NCBI GenBank assembly: GCA_973895155.1
Contig: OZ316891.1
Location: 31,317,112-31,381,111 of the forward strand
DNA length: 64,000 bases
DNA from: Marsupella aquatica
Taxonomy: Eukaryota; Plantae; Marchantiophyta
Reading direction: 5' to 3'
The notes beneath the pieces were generated by a model that did no database searches, was not told where the DNA came from, and saw nothing but the letters and a program-made list of their open reading frames with translations. The position numbers were made by a program, and so were the translations under genes. This document shows, piece by piece, positions 1-13,769 of the stretch. The stretch's first letter is position 1; each line of letters opens with the position of its first letter.

Positions 1-11
1 CAACATCAAGC

Positions 12-602
12 GTGGATCAGATTGTTTCCAGTTGGTCTAATGACGAAGTGGCTACCATTCCTGGAGTTCTCCATCGGGTGTCGAGTGACTCGATAGTTGG
101 AGAGATCGCGCAAGCATTTGGTAGGCAAGGTGTGATAAGCCGAAGTGGCAGCTTCCGAGATGCGTCTCGTAGTAATGACAACAGTGCAGAACTCTTTTTC
201 TTGCCATCATCCCCACCGAAGCCCTCTGAGAGATGGGCTGGTCCTGCCTACACGAATTCCCCCCCTCCTAGTACTCTTCCCTTCCCCACGTTCCCCCTTC
301 AGCGCGTGAAGACCTCTATGACGGAGGTCACCCTGGCGGAGGTGGTTCTGAGGGGACCTCAGGATACAAACTTGGAGACACTGTCTTCCTCCGATCCTTC
401 TTCTCCCACTCGGGTGGCGTCTTTGTTGTTCTCGGCCACCGCGATGCAGTCGCCCTTTGTGGACCCATCATCTGCGACTAAGGATCTGAGAAGGATATTA
501 AATCTGAACGTGGAGAATAGTTTTGATGTCAGCGCGGAGTGGAGCGAAGGCGGTGTGGAGTCAGCTACTCAGAGCTTGAAGAGGATGCTGCAGCTAGGAT
601 GA
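12..602 (+). CDS. Open frame of unknown function, Ser/Pro-rich, probably the 3' end of a TE-associated or host ORF starting left of the window
   Basis: 196 codons without a stop from near the window edge; no recognisable domain. Confidence 0.25.
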   Translation: MDQIVSSWSNDEVATIPGVLHRVSSDSIVGEIAQAFGRQGVISRSGSFRDASRSNDNSAELFFLPSSPPKPSERWAGPAYTNSPPPSTLPFPTFPLQRVKTSMTEVTLAEVVLRGPQDTNLETLSSSDPSSPTRVASLLFSATAMQSPFVDPSSATKDLRRILNLNVENSFDVSAEWSEGGVESATQSLKRMLQLG

Positions 603-3514
603 CGAGGAGGCGCCGCCTAGGTGCTTTTCAGTTAGGGTATAACATATTCACCCTGTGTAGATTCTGGTTCTATTTGGCCCGAAAGCGTACGCTTCTTGAG
701 GTCACAGGTTGTAAAGTAGGTGGTATGTGTATAGTTCGTAAGAGGGAAGCACTTGGTGTCAGGCTTGGTTGCCACCCGTTGTGAAGCTTCATCGGGAAAC
801 AATGGCACCTCCTATCCCAATTTTGAAGATATCGCCTGGGCGTCGGAGCTAGCGGAGCCGTGTATAGTGATGTTTGCTGAATTAATCCCTTGGAGGGATT
901 GATGACGAGCTTGCATGATGGATAAAGTTGGGTGTGTTCGTTTGAAGACAACAGCTCCGACGTGCTTGGTGTGGTCTTTCACGGAAAGGCGCATCAGGTA
1001 GGTCCTGCGGCATCGAAAGAAGTTTACGATATGAGTCTCTGCTAAGAAGGACTGGTAGTCTGGGCGAAGTCTGGAAACCGGTTGAGGAGAGATATCCTGG
1101 CGTTGTAAGTACGTGAAGATATGGTGTGACATTGATTGTAGGTCGATTGGTGGCAAAGTGTTTAGGTCAGGTAGGCGGATGCAATTTTATCAATTTTTCT
1201 CTCCCGTAATCGGAGATCTTTTGAACCCCTGGTGGGGTTGACAGAGTTAGGATCTCTCTCCTTGTATCATACTCTGGTGTATCTAGCTCCTACTTAGATA
1301 GAACAGGTATTGTATTCTCGAATAAAAGGTGATAGCTGCATCTGAAACCAACGACTTCACGAATGGAAGTCTGCGCCAAAGGTGCTCTACAGTGTTAACG
1401 GTTTTGGTGATCCAAAGCTTGAGGTTGTCTGCTGAGTGCAGGCGCCGCGGTGCCGAATGTTTCCTTGGGGAAACAATGGTCCAGTTAAGGCGTGGATGGG
1501 AACGTTGTAGAGGAAAGGAGAGGAAGACAACGATCTTGTGGTGGCACGTTTGTGTTCATTCAGCGATCTTGTCCCGGAAGGCGATTTTTTAAGCGCTCTT
1601 GCCCGGAAGCAGTTTGAGAAAGTCGAAAGCTTGAGTAGGATATTGTTGGACCGTTGCCAGACAGCAGCCTACTTTTTAATTGGTCTGCCGTCTCAAAAGA
1701 GGTATCAACGTGTCCTGAAAGCATAGATAGTCTTAAGGCAACCCGATTGCAAGGGACAGTCAGTGTTGGTAGATGTTGGGTATGTAGTTCAAGTCCGAGT
1801 TAGTGTTATACATGTTATGTTCGAGTGGCGGCGGTGTGCCGTCTGGGGTCATGGAAATTTTTGCGACCCTTTCAGAAGAGGACCGAAGTCTCTGAAACAG
1901 GACATTGAGTTGATCATATGAAAGTACGTGTTCTGTAAGGAAGTTGTGCTGGAGAAGGTGGCGATGGCAAAACATGTGAAATACCAGCCGAAAATTGTTC
2001 AGTTCTGCGGTGGGGGTCAAATTGAGGTGAACAACCGACCGAAATTGGTGTAGTTGCGCAGTGCGAGTCGTTCACAATGAGGCTTGTGATCACGAAAAGG
2101 TATATGACAAGACTTATGAGGGGGAACTACTGCGAAATGGGCGATATTGTACGATCAGACATGAAGGAGGATGTCAGGGATTCTATTGACACTGGGCTAT
2201 GGCTTGCGGGCTTCTGAGGGAGGAGAGGAGATTCAATCTGTAGAGGATGGGAGTGATGTGATCAATCGTTGATGTGAGATCTTAAGAGTGCTCTGGACGG
2301 CCGTATTTGATTGGTCATTCGATGATACTATACTCCAGAGTTCGATTTGTCACTCACTACGGGAGGTCTCCTTCGATTATGCTCTGCAGAAGATCTAGAG
2401 ACGGCACTTGAGAGGTGCGAGTTGGAAACTAACACTTTTGTACCGAATGAAACATCGGCTGTCTTCTGCGGAATGGAGCGTCATGTTTACCCAGATAGCG
2501 GACTGCAGAAGTGGAGAACTGGAGAAGACGTAAGGAGATCAGTGTCTGTCATGTTTGTGCACGGGACCGTTGTACGTAAGAAGGTTGCCTTACTTTGTGG
2601 AGGGTGTAGAAGTTTGTGACACTGCCTTCTGCGGTGATAACAACGTGCGCATGTGTATGAAACTGGTTTATGAATAAAAGATGAAGTATGAAGTTGTGGA
2701 ATTGTTGCGATCTGTCTGATGGTTCTTCTGATAATCTGTTCCCACATGGTAGTGTCTGGAAAAGTTGCAGGTCGCCCGAAACAAACTCAGAAGGAGCAAG
2801 CTGAGGCCTCGAGTCTCAACCATCGGTCAAGTCGATAAAACTTAATTACTTTGCTCTAATTGGCTCTTATTATAATACTTTGACTTTGTTTCCGTGATGT
2901 ATTGTCTACTTCCTGACGTCTATTTTGTGTGTTGGTAATGATGGAATTTTGTTTGAGGGTATGACACTATGACTCGTCTTTTGTGCTGATGATTACTTCG
3001 TCAACAGATTTGGATGGTTGTGGATGTAAGGTGCCTCAGAAGTGAAGGCGGTGATCCTTATTAGCCGAACATCGTATCCCCCGAATTGTGTAGCCTGATT
3101 CCGAGTTTGTACAATGCTTTCCAGAGAAGGTTTGGTAGTGGTTGATACCTGTTCTGTGGTTCTATCCCTCCTTCCATGTTTAGAAGTGCATCCTTTGGTT
3201 GTAGTGGCACAGCTGTCCATTTTCCTGGATTGTCTTCTGGGATGGTGTGCCATCCGTGTGGAGAAGTCTTCACCACTATAATGTCGAACGGATAGAAGTA
3301 TAGAACGCTTTCAACGAATCCATCTCGTAGTTTGCGCATCGTTAATGACCAGAATACCCGCACGGGAGAAAACCTGCCCTGGATTCTTGCTTTTGAATGA
3401 ATTCAACGAGAGCAATAAACACTCATTTTTAAGGGTGGAAAAATACGGAATGATAGCATCTCCTACGGTTATTGGATTGGTTTATTGGAGTCTATTGTAA
3501 CGCGATGTTACCTA

Positions 3515-4700
3515 ATCCAGTACGGCTAAACAAAAAAGGCAACCCCAATGCCATGTTTACCAAACCTATTAAAGCCAAACAAAAAAGGCAACCCCAATCG
3601 ATTAGTGAAGGCATTCACTTTTGGCGTCCCTCAAAAAAGGCTATACCCCAATGGATGTCTATAAGCTATGTTTACTATACCTAGTAAAGCTAAACAAAAA
3701 CATAACACAAAGAATTAGTGTAAGGTTATTCACTTTTGGCCTTCCTTGGTTTTTGGTGTGTACACGAGCTCAGAGCTCATATTCAGATACAGCAGTTTAT
3801 ATGCAGTTCCATCAGAGCTCATATACAGATCCCGGTACAACAGCTTAGATGCAAATCCATCCTGTAACCAGAAGATCCAGATATGGCAGCTTATATGCAA
3901 ATCCATCTTGTAACCAAAAGATCCAGATACAGATCCATCATAGCTCATATACCAAAAAACCAGTAAGCTTCACATGAGCTCAGCATCCAGATTCAGCAGA
4001 TTATATGCAAATCCATCTTGTAACCAAAAGATCCAGATACAGCAGCTTATAAGCAGATCCACCACAACTCATATACCAAAAAACCAGTAAACTTCACATG
4101 AGCTCAGCATCCAGATACAGCAGCTTATATGCAAATCACATGAGCTCAGCATCCAGATACATCAGCTTATATGTAAATCACATAAGCTCAGCATCCAGAT
4201 ACAGCAGCTTATATGCAAATCCATCCGGTAACCAAAAAACCAGGAAACTTCACATGAGCTCAGCAGCTCATATACAGATTCAGATACAACAGCTTATATG
4301 CAAATCCATCCCGTAACCAAAAACCAGGAAAGTTCACATGAGCAGCTCACTACAACAGCTCATATACAAATCCAGATACTGCAGCTTATATGCACATCCA
4401 TCGCAGCTCATTTACAGATCCAGCAGCGTATATGCAAATCCATCCGGTAACCAAAAAACCGGGAAACTTCACTTATGGCCTTTAGCTCATATGATCACTT
4501 TTAGGCCCGTTTTTTGGTTAGTGTATCTGTATATGAGCCACTATACATATCCAGACACACAGCTCATATGCACTAACCAAAAAACCACAAAGACTATTCA
4601 CTTTTGGCCTTCAGCTCATATATAGATCTAGAAACCCCAAAACCAGGAAGGCTATTCACTTTTGGCCTGGTCACTGGATCTGTATATAAGCTGCTGTATA
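3515..4700. repeat. Complex minisatellite-like array with direct and inverted motifs
   Basis: Three consecutive 42-bp units CACATGAGCTCAGCATCCAGATACAGCAGCTTATATGCAAAT at ~4095-4220; many partial copies; recurring TTCACTTTTGGCC motif; inverted segment ~4510-4585. Confidence 0.85.
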
Positions 4701-7348
4701 GCTCTTTGACTGAATACAGGATTGACTTTGGGTTCTCCATGATCTAATGATTAGTTTCAATGAAAACCTATGACAAGAGGGATTGAAAACCCCATTCACC
4801 ATTGGGCTTGTTTTTTGACATATCATTCTTGCTATATACAGTAGACCAGAAAAAGACAACTCTGTACACTATATTTAATGTATTCAGTAAGCAAATAGCT
4901 TCCACCAAAATAAAGGGAATGATAGTTTAAGCAATTGAGTGTAACTGACTTTAACGTCAAACAAGCAAGAGAAGAGCTGCATTCTCGTGCACGTGTAGGT
5001 GGGATAGTATTGGTCAATGATGTACAATCTTATTTTCTTTTAGGTGAAGGATTGAAATATATTGAAGTTGGTGTCTTAGAATATCTTCATATTTCATTTT
5101 AGTTTACTGCATGTTCCCCTCTTTATATTTTATGTTGCCGACCAACAAAAAGTGCCTAACCACGAGTAGGATCCCAAAGGCCAAAGATCCAGTAGGGTGT
5201 CTCAAACTAGTTTTTTCATGATTTGTTTTTATCAGCAGCTGCAAGGTATTTGCCCAAACCAAACTTTGCCATGTCTCCAAAGGTGCACAAATTTGTGTAT
5301 AATGTATCTCAGTTGGTGGAGTAATATCTATCATCCAGTTAACTTTTCCTTGTGAGTCTTTTGAATTGTTGGAATGGGGTTTCTATTTTGCACTTACAAA
5401 TGCAGGCTTTTCAACCCTATCATGAGTTTGCCCATAGTCATTTGGGACTGCAAAAAGCAAATACTCAATTTTATGGAGAAACAATTTTATAGTTTAGGTC
5501 TTTGTGACACAGGTTTTTCTTTTGGAGCTGTTCCGACACTTGCTGCACCTAAAATGAATGAAATTCTTGTGTGGGAGAATCTTACTGAACAACTTTTAAG
5601 TACTTTGTCACTAAAGGTGTTCTAATTGACAATATTGCCACTATTTTTTTGCATTTTTAAAAATGTCATGGTTTGTATATGGATGACAATTTTTAAAAAT
5701 GGCATTTTTGTAAATACAAAAAAAAGCAGTGATAGTATTGTAAATTCAAACATATTTAGTGTCAATGTACTTAAAAGTTGTTTTACTGAATGTCAACAGT
5801 ACTCTATAATGCTGGAAACTTAAGGATTGCGGATTGACTTTGCTGCAGGAATCCCTGGCTTTGATGATTGAAACGTGCAGTGTGTCTTGGTTATCCTCTT
5901 TGGTGGCCTACTGTGTCTTGGTTATCCTCTTTGGTGGCCTACTGATTGTGAATCACTTCTCCTGCCTTAACTCCTTCACCTCTGCCCAATTGGTATACTT
6001 GTGAACTTCTTGTTTTTTTTTAATTTGTTCCCCAAAACAATTGCCCCATTTGTACAAAAGAATTATAAGACCAGGGCCATTTTTCCCCTGGAGACTGCTT
6101 CTGACATGATATGCTTGTACCCTGTTAGTCTACTAATTCTATTTAGGTGACTCCACAAAATTTGGATGTTGCTCTTGATATACAGTAGTGATGGGTGATA
6201 CTTTGTACCAAGGCAGGCGACGACTCCCTCTTTGCGCCCCATATTGCAAATGTTTTGTATCCATGGGAACATGTTTATTGAAGGGGCAGATTTTGGAGTG
6301 ACACTAATTAATTGCACATCAAATAGTGTGATTGGTTAACATCGAAGGGACACTATTTACCTGCGCATTAAACAGTTATTTGTAAAAATTGTTTGAGGAT
6401 GCAAGCAATATCAGTTCACTGTGAATTTTTGAAAGCAATAATATTGAATGTGTGCTGGGCTCTAAAACCTTTAGGGATAAGGGCCTATGTATCCTCATAT
6501 TCCTTGGAATTAAAAAAATAAAATTCCTTGCTACTTGTATCCGCATATTCAAAACTGAATAGTCAAGTGACCATTTATCTTTACAAAAAATCCCAAAGAA
6601 CATGCAATGACCTTCCAAATCAGTTTGAAAACCCATAATTCACTCATCAGTTTTCCAAATCAGTTTGGAGTTCAACAATAATGAACTGTTAACAATGTTA
6701 GGATTAGCCAACTGTTGTCCCCTCTGTTGGAATGGGAGCACAATTCTTTGGTGGAGCCAATGGTGTATGCTTTACTCTTTCCTCAGCTGGAAGGTGAACA
6801 CAATCAGTCACCATAATCAGCCTATTATCCCTTTCATTCCAAGTAATGCATCTGATAATTCTAGGTTTTGGTCATAGTTCTTCATCATTATTGGTTAGCT
6901 CAGAATAATGGAACTCGTCATCACTATCGGACAAAGTGTCACTCTCATCTCCATTAGAAGAATGTCCAATATTGCTAGACCTTGGGGGTCAACTTAGTGT
7001 ATAGTTTGGGGGGCCATGTGGGATCCTAGCCTAATATAAATACTTATATTTTATGGAGAAAAAATATTATGTTTTTAATATTAATTGTGCCTATTTTACT
7101 TTATAAAAGGTATTTATTAGAGAATATTCTATAAATTTGAGTTTTAAATAGTTTAGTTTACCACCTACATTTTTAAAACATTTAGCTAATCTTCATGAAA
7201 AATACATAATTTGGATTGCTCATGGTTCCTACAATTTTTGGAACTCAACTCCTCAAGTGCTAGACAAAGCACTGGCATGTGGGTCAATAATTGCTTTACA
7301 GTATGGTTTCTTGAAGCAACAGATTTTCATGGCACTTCCTCAAGGACT

Positions 7349-7692
7349 TGTTGAGCATAGACGACATTCGCAACGGCAAGCCCATGAACCATCCAACGCA
7401 CAAGAGTCGACACAGAGAGATACGTGGTTCACCTCCACATGAGGCTACGTCCACGGGAACACACAAGAGCTTTACTGCACTCTAGGCCGACCGGCCATAC
7501 CAAGCATCCACAGCACAAGCTCTCCCTATCTCTCAATTAGCTCCGTAACAATGAGCCTAAGTTCCACCAGGGTCTGGCATCAGCCCTGACTATATACACA
7601 ACAGCACTACCGCTAACAATAGCTAAGTCCTAACCCGAGTTAGCCTAACTGTAGTTAGCTCATGAGTCACAAGACTAGAGCAATATCTAACA
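7349..7692 (-). mobile_element. Solo LTR (344 bp) of the copia family at 15327-26619
   Basis: TGTTGAGCATAG...ATATCTAACA termini; perfect 5-bp TSD GGACT (7344-7348 / 7693-7697); near-identical to the LTRs at 15327 and 26276. Confidence 0.97.
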
Positions 7693-7759
7693 GGACTTTC
7701 TATTCCTGATCGCCAATTGGTTTGTCTTCTTGGCTGGTTCATCTACTTGCTTAAGCAAT

Positions 7760-8320
7760 CTGCTCAAATGTGACTGTCCTAACCAAGTCTAGTTTACTTA
7801 TGTAAAGACCATGCTTCAACAACAATTTGAGATGACCTATCTTAGGGAGTGTATCACGTCCTTGGCATGCATATCCACCGTGATTGTCAACAAGGGTACC
7901 CAAGACTACTTTTAGCATTTGTCTACTCCATTTCATTTGGAAGGATACTCTAATGCTGCCTACGCTAACAACATTGACTCTAGGAAGTCAACCAATGGAT
8001 TTTGTTTTCTTCTAGCTGGAGGAGAAATAAGTTGGGCTACTCAAAGCAAAAATTACTAAATTGCTCTGTCTAGCACAAATTAAGTCAGATGTTTTTGTGA
8101 AGGATTGAACACCAAACTCACACCTTTTTTATCAAAAGCCCACTCAATTGGACTCTATACTCGTATGTATCTCCAAAATGGGAGCCTATACTGTGACCGC
8201 CCTAGATTCAGAGATTGTAAGAGCCATATAGTTTTAGAATTGGTGATGTATGTAGACACTAACAAACTGAAGAAGACAATGAAAGAACTAGATGGGCTTA
8301 CAAAAGCTTCTTGATCCATC
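7760..8320 (+). pseudogene. Degraded Ty1/copia RT-RNase H fragment
   Basis: Remnant peptides LQQQFEMTYL, GMHIHRD and LEGYSNAAYANNIDSRKSTNGFCFLLAGGEISW, broken by stops and frameshifts. Confidence 0.75.
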
Positions 8321-8756
8321 CAAGAATAAAAACTTTGATTGAGACTATGCTCACAGTGGGTTCTGAAAAAGGGGTCCAAGTCAAACTCCTCCAGGTTAGC
8401 TCCTCTTGCCCTGCACATAACAGAACCTCATTTTCTCCTCACATTTCATCCTTGTAATATGTACCATACGAGCAGGAGAGAACCAAAAAAAAGCATGAGG
8501 GAGCATTTCTCTGTTGTCCATCCTGTTTCTAAAAGTACATCTGAGTATTTTGGGGGCTTCCATTTCACATTTTAGAAACATTACATTTTTTGGTGTCAAC
8601 CTAGAGTAATGCTCGGATGGACCAGTTAACCCCGATAGATCAGGTTACTCGGGCTAAAAAATACACCTAAAGAAAAAGTGTGATCTGAGCACACAAAGAC
8701 TTTTACGCAGTCCATGTGGGCTTCTTTGGTCCATCCAGGCATTCTGTCAACACTAG

Positions 8757-9545
8757 GTCCATGGGGTCTCCTACCAGCTTATTTTTAGGTGCAAATTTTT
8801 GTCAAATTCCACCTCCCCAAAAAAGCTAAACTTCCCTACATACTTTGTATGCCATTAGCCACTTTCCCACCAAATCATGAACCCCATTTGCCAGAATCTA
8901 ACGGTAGTCCGGAAATCTAGGGGTATCTGATGGTCAAGATATAATCCACCCGGTTTGGCCTTGACGGGAGTCTCGACCCTGTCAAACTGTCATCCCGACA
9001 CTTGGTCCTCCCCAACTTTTCTCCTACCCAGCCTTGACCTTGCTCGGTCCCACCCACCCTGCCGGCCTTGTACCCGACCCCGCCCTGACCATTTTAGACC
9101 CGGCCAGGCCATGGTCCCGACCATTTTTGACCTGGCCCTGACCCCGCCCCCACCATTTTCAACCCCAGCCCGGCCCCAACCTCGACCGGTCCCCCCACCC
9201 ATCTGGCCCGTCCCGACCCCGACCCGGCCAGGTCCAGGTCCTACGCCGGGACCAGGTCGGGACAAAGTTTGGGAAAGTTAGGGAAAGCCCGGGGAATAAT
9301 TTGGAATATGCTTCAAATGGGCCATTTTTGGCCCGTCATTTGACTATTTTATGTGCCGGGCAAGGTGTCAAGTTGCCCGTCAGGTCAAACTGGGATAATC
9401 TAGGAAAAACTGATCTGGAACATTCCTAGCATCTCCTCCCTTAGAGTGGCTTACATTTGCCGGGATATCTGATGGTCAAGATATAATCCAGGAAAAGTTG
9501 ATCAGGAACATTCCTAGCATCTCCTCCCTGAGTGGCTTACATTCG
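8757..9545. repeat. Dispersed repeat (possible non-autonomous TE) with a GC-rich internal array and internal duplications
   Basis: TATCTGATGGTCAAGATATAATCCA at ~8924 and ~9466; GGAACATTCCTAGCATCTCCTCCCT at ~9417 and ~9506; diverged inverted homologue at ~39105-39350. Confidence 0.6.
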
Positions 9546-9626
9546 TCACACTGGCCAAAAACAAAAAACCTTAAAAAATACGCGGGCTCTTTTACCCTAA
9601 TCACCGATACGGTACTCGACTTCCCC

Positions 9627-9634
9627 TATAAATA
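9627..9634 (+). promoter_or_regulatory. Candidate TATA box for the TFIIE-beta gene
   Basis: CCTATAAATA followed by a GA-rich 5'UTR-like stretch about 1 kb upstream of the ATG. Confidence 0.45.
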
Positions 9635-10683
9635 CTGGGCCAGCGAGCCCTCAAGGTTGTTTCATCTTTCTCCGCACGGGAGGAGATCTTCACGTCGTGG
9701 AGAGACCTCTGTGAGGAAGAAGAAGAGGAGAGGAGAGGAGTGTAGATCGATGCTCTGCTGAAGTCAGGGACTGCAGACAAATCCGAGCGGAGTGATTTGA
9801 TCGTGGATGCATGTCCTTAAGCGGGCAGTAGACCTAACGGAGTGGCTTTAGGAAGGATTTCGAGCTTGAGGGAATTTCGGGAAACCTTTCGATTGCGGAA
9901 AGAGATGCTTCAAGAGAGATTTTAGGTGGGGTTGATGTTTTGCAGTGTTTCTATCGCAGAAACACTTGGACTGCATTTCTAGTGCGGAAAGTGGTAGACT
10001 GCATGTCTGTTGCTGGGCAGAGAGATTCTCGGAAAAGCTTGCCGTGGGAATTAGCGCTGCTTGGAATCGGTGGAAACCTTTAAGCAAGGCTTCAAGCTCG
10101 ACGGCACGCTGAAGTGTCTGTGGTTGGTCTATTCAGGTTTGGGAGTTCGCAACACAGCACAGTGCTGTGCAGTGCGGGGTGGAAATGCGACGAGTGAGCT
10201 CCTGCTGATTTGCTCTATTCTCGGCCCGTGGTTTCGGATCGAGCTTTCCAGGAGAGAATCAGAATTCGGAAGCGGGCGGTTTGATTAGAGGGCAGCCTCA
10301 GCCTCTCCTTGTTCGTTCGCTGCTAGGAATCTATTTGGGAGTGCCATAAGGTTTGCACCCGATTGACAGTTTTCTAGTTACCCTACATTTCAAGCTCCAC
10401 CGGAGATCTAGGGTTTGGTGAGGTATACCCTCGTGGACTCGGTTGGCATTCTATTTGGGAGTCCTGAAATTCATTTGACCGTCAGGTGTCGGGTCACAGG
10501 GCAGTTCACACTCCACTCAACTCAGGTTTTAGGTTTTGCAGAGGTAGCTGTTGAATACACAGGACCATTCCATAGGACATTGGAAGGCGAAGGGATTAAG
10601 ACGCTCTCAGTACAGTAAAAAGGGAAATTTTGTAGATTGATCAGGAGGCTCATTTGTTTCCAAGCAAAGAAAAGCAACCGATC

Positions 10684-12095
10684 ATGGCTCTCTCACAAAA
10701 GCTAGCGCAATTTAATAAGCAGCAGGAGAAGCTGCACGCCTCTTTGGCAAAGATTACAGCTCGCCCGACGCCAGCTGCAGCGATTCCCAACAGCAAAGCT
10801 CCGGCGTCCCGCAAGGCTCCCCCTGCACCTCCCTCGCAGAACAGCAGCGTCCCGTTTGCGCAGAGGTTTTCTTTCTCCACGGAAAAGGAAAAACTTCAAC
10901 AAATTGCCACCATCCAGAGAGCACCTGTGGGAGCGCAGATTAAGCGAGTCCTTGACCTTTTGCTTGAGGTGTGTTGACGGCTTGAAGCGGGAGTTGAGTT
11001 TAGCTGCTTGCACACTTGCCTGAGTCCTTATAATTATATCATTTTATCGGATATTTCCGGTTGATTGATTCGGAGTTGTAGCTCCTACCGCTCTGGTCTG
11101 CCTGCTGGCTTGCTGAAGACGATGGACATGACTTTGAGTTGAGCAAGTACGTTACGTTGCCGCAATTGTTCTGATGGGTGGTCAAATTGTCCCCTTTCCA
11201 GACAAGACAGGCTCTCCGGCCTGAGGACATCAATGATATGTGCTATGTTGATGTCAATGCACACAAGGAATTGTTTGAAAGTCTAAAGAGCAATGTCAAA
11301 GTAGCATTTGATGGCGAGCGCTTCTCTTACAAGGTACAGTTTCCAAACTGTCGTCGTTTGGGGCATTCACTTCCCCTCAGAAACGCGTCGGCCTCAATTT
11401 AGCTCAGTTCATGTCCTCATTTCATTCCTTCGGAGCTTTGGTGACAATGATAGCCTCTCTGGAGTGATGATCTGAAATGACAATATGCTCCTTCATGAAT
11501 GGTCTTGCAGTCGAAGCATGACATAAAGAACAAGCCAGAATTATTGGTGTTGATAAGAAAGGTTCCCGAAGGCATACCTATGGGTGACTTAAAGGATTCG
11601 TATCCTGCAGTAATGACTGATGTTCAGGTACACTTTTTGAATATTGGAAAGCCTTGTGATGAAATCTTCAGTGAGCGCTGTTAGCGTTTGAACGGATAGT
11701 GTGGTCTGAAGGTTTCAAAAGACAACAACTTTTGATTTGTTTTCCTGTGGTTGCAGGAGTTGAAGGCAAATGGTGATATTTGGCTACTCATGAACAGTGA
11801 TTCTCAGGAGGACATTGCTTATCCAAATGACCCAAGAATAAAAATAAAAATTGACGAGGATTTGAAGCAGCTAGTGAGGAGTATTGAAATGCCACGTGAG
11901 TTCATTGACATAGAGAAAGAGTTGACTAAAGCCGGCCTGAAGCCTGCGACAAACACGGCCAGACGGGAGGCTCTCAAGGGCGCGTTAAGAACTCAACAGA
12001 CTCAGAAGAAGATGAAGAAAAGAAGGGAGACCAAACGCACAAAATATACCAATGCCCACTTGCCTGAACTATTCCAGAATCTACAAGTCCCTTGA
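10684..12095 (+). CDS. TFIIE-beta: Transcription initiation factor IIE subunit beta (4 exons: 10684-10968, 11202-11333, 11511-11627, 11757-12095)
   Basis: GT-AG introns join in frame; motifs APVGAQIKRVLDLLLETRQAL, FSYKSKHDIKNK, DLKDSYP, EDIAYPNDP, TKYTNAHLPELF match plant TFIIE-beta. Confidence 0.92.
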
Positions 12096-13769
12096 ATGTA
12101 TGGCACCCTTCAGCAGCTCCTGTCTGATTTTTCCTGTAAATAAGCCCTCTTCTTCTCACTGTTGATTCATCGTGGTTTTTCACTTTCAATTGCAACAACG
12201 TTACTTCCCGTTTGGAGACGGGCTCTGATTGTTTGCTCTTGCTTGTTTTGAGTGCTGTTAGGAAGCAATGACTTGTGTATTTGGTTGAAGTATGAACAGC
12301 GTCATCCATGTCCTTTCAGCTTGTATGTCGTCAGGTGTTCGTGTAGCAGAAGGTAACGCGATTGATGTTATCCGCAATCAGAGAAATGGGATGCCTACTG
12401 GCCGATGTTTCCACCTTACTTGACTCGTTTTACCTGCACTGTAATTGTGCAGTTACGAAAGCAAGAGAAACAGCTTCTTTCTCGAAATAAGCAAGTTTGT
12501 GTACATCATAGCATGGACCTGGTTTGAGTGTTTGCTGACGTACTTTTCAAGGTCTCTATCCTGTGGTCATGGTGAGCAATGCAGGCTTCCGATCTTGTTT
12601 TTGTGCTCATCTTTATGTAGACAGTCTCAGATCTGAAAAATCTGGACCAATGCACGCAAATGGTCACAGGCGATGTATTAACCTGATGTCGTCGTAATGT
12701 TAAGTACTTATGTGGGGTGCGACTTCATATATACGCCTAAAGCTGTAATGTGCGACAAAGAATACAAGAGACGCCACAAAAGTTTGTCTAGGAAGAGTGC
12801 ACGGGGCCTGGGCCTTAGATACTGACGGAGCATTATGGAAATGGAAGCAATGAGACCTCGATAAAGAAATCCAATCCTAACAACAGGACTTGTTTTGGTT
12901 TCAAGCAGGATGGAAGTGGGAAGGAGTAGTGCGGACGACTGAATGAGAGTCGCTTCATGAAATGGCGCCAACGATGTGGGAATCGATGAAAAAAAGACGG
13001 TTCTTAGGAGATATACAGATAGTATATTTAGCAGCTCCAGCATGTTATCCTGGCATGTTATCCGGCAACCTGATCAGGATCAAATGGCCAACAGAGTTGC
13101 CTTGGAGTAAAAGGACGTGAGGGCTTGTTTGTTTTAAGGATGCAAATTCTTTGCATGAACTCCTGTACAAGATTCCTCCTGAACCCTGAAGGCTGTTCTA
13201 CAAACCATCTTTGTAGGGTCTTCCCTTAGATATGTTTCACTCAAGCAGCCAGTAAATCAATGGGATGTAGGCAGTTTGTTCAGCATTGGAGAGCCCAATT
13301 GTCTCCGGAGAGTTTCAAATCACACCAGATTGAATTATCATATGGGCCAATAAAGATCACAACAGGCATTAAATCTGGCATGCGGGTCACCTTCCTGGCA
13401 GTCCTTTGATGTCTCTTGGTCATCAGATGCTAGAGAAGGTAAGCCCTGGGCTCCTTTGATGATTGTCTGCCGAGCTCTTTTAACGATGGCCCTCAGAGTA
13501 CCTGTGTGGTTGTTGTCCTCATGTCCAGTTGGGACACTTAACAGCATACGAAGCTCTTTGGACAATGGCCTTGGATTCGCCAGGGTGACCTAGCCAACCA
13601 GGTTATGATCACATTGTCATCTACTCACCCAATGACATAGCTTCTCTTGCTCTTTGCTGCCTGCTCTTTGCCACCTAACGCCGACAATGATGTGGTTAAT
13701 TTCCCCCCGAAGTTGTGATAGCCTAATAAGGGCCAACTTGCATGTGAGCAGCCCCGAAGCATGGGGCCC

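Noticed and set aside
5879-5945. 31-bp perfect tandem duplication
   Set aside because: Isolated slippage or repair duplication with no associated structure
8955-9281. Pro-rich and Gly-rich ORFs on both strands
   Set aside because: Translation of a GC-rich repeat array
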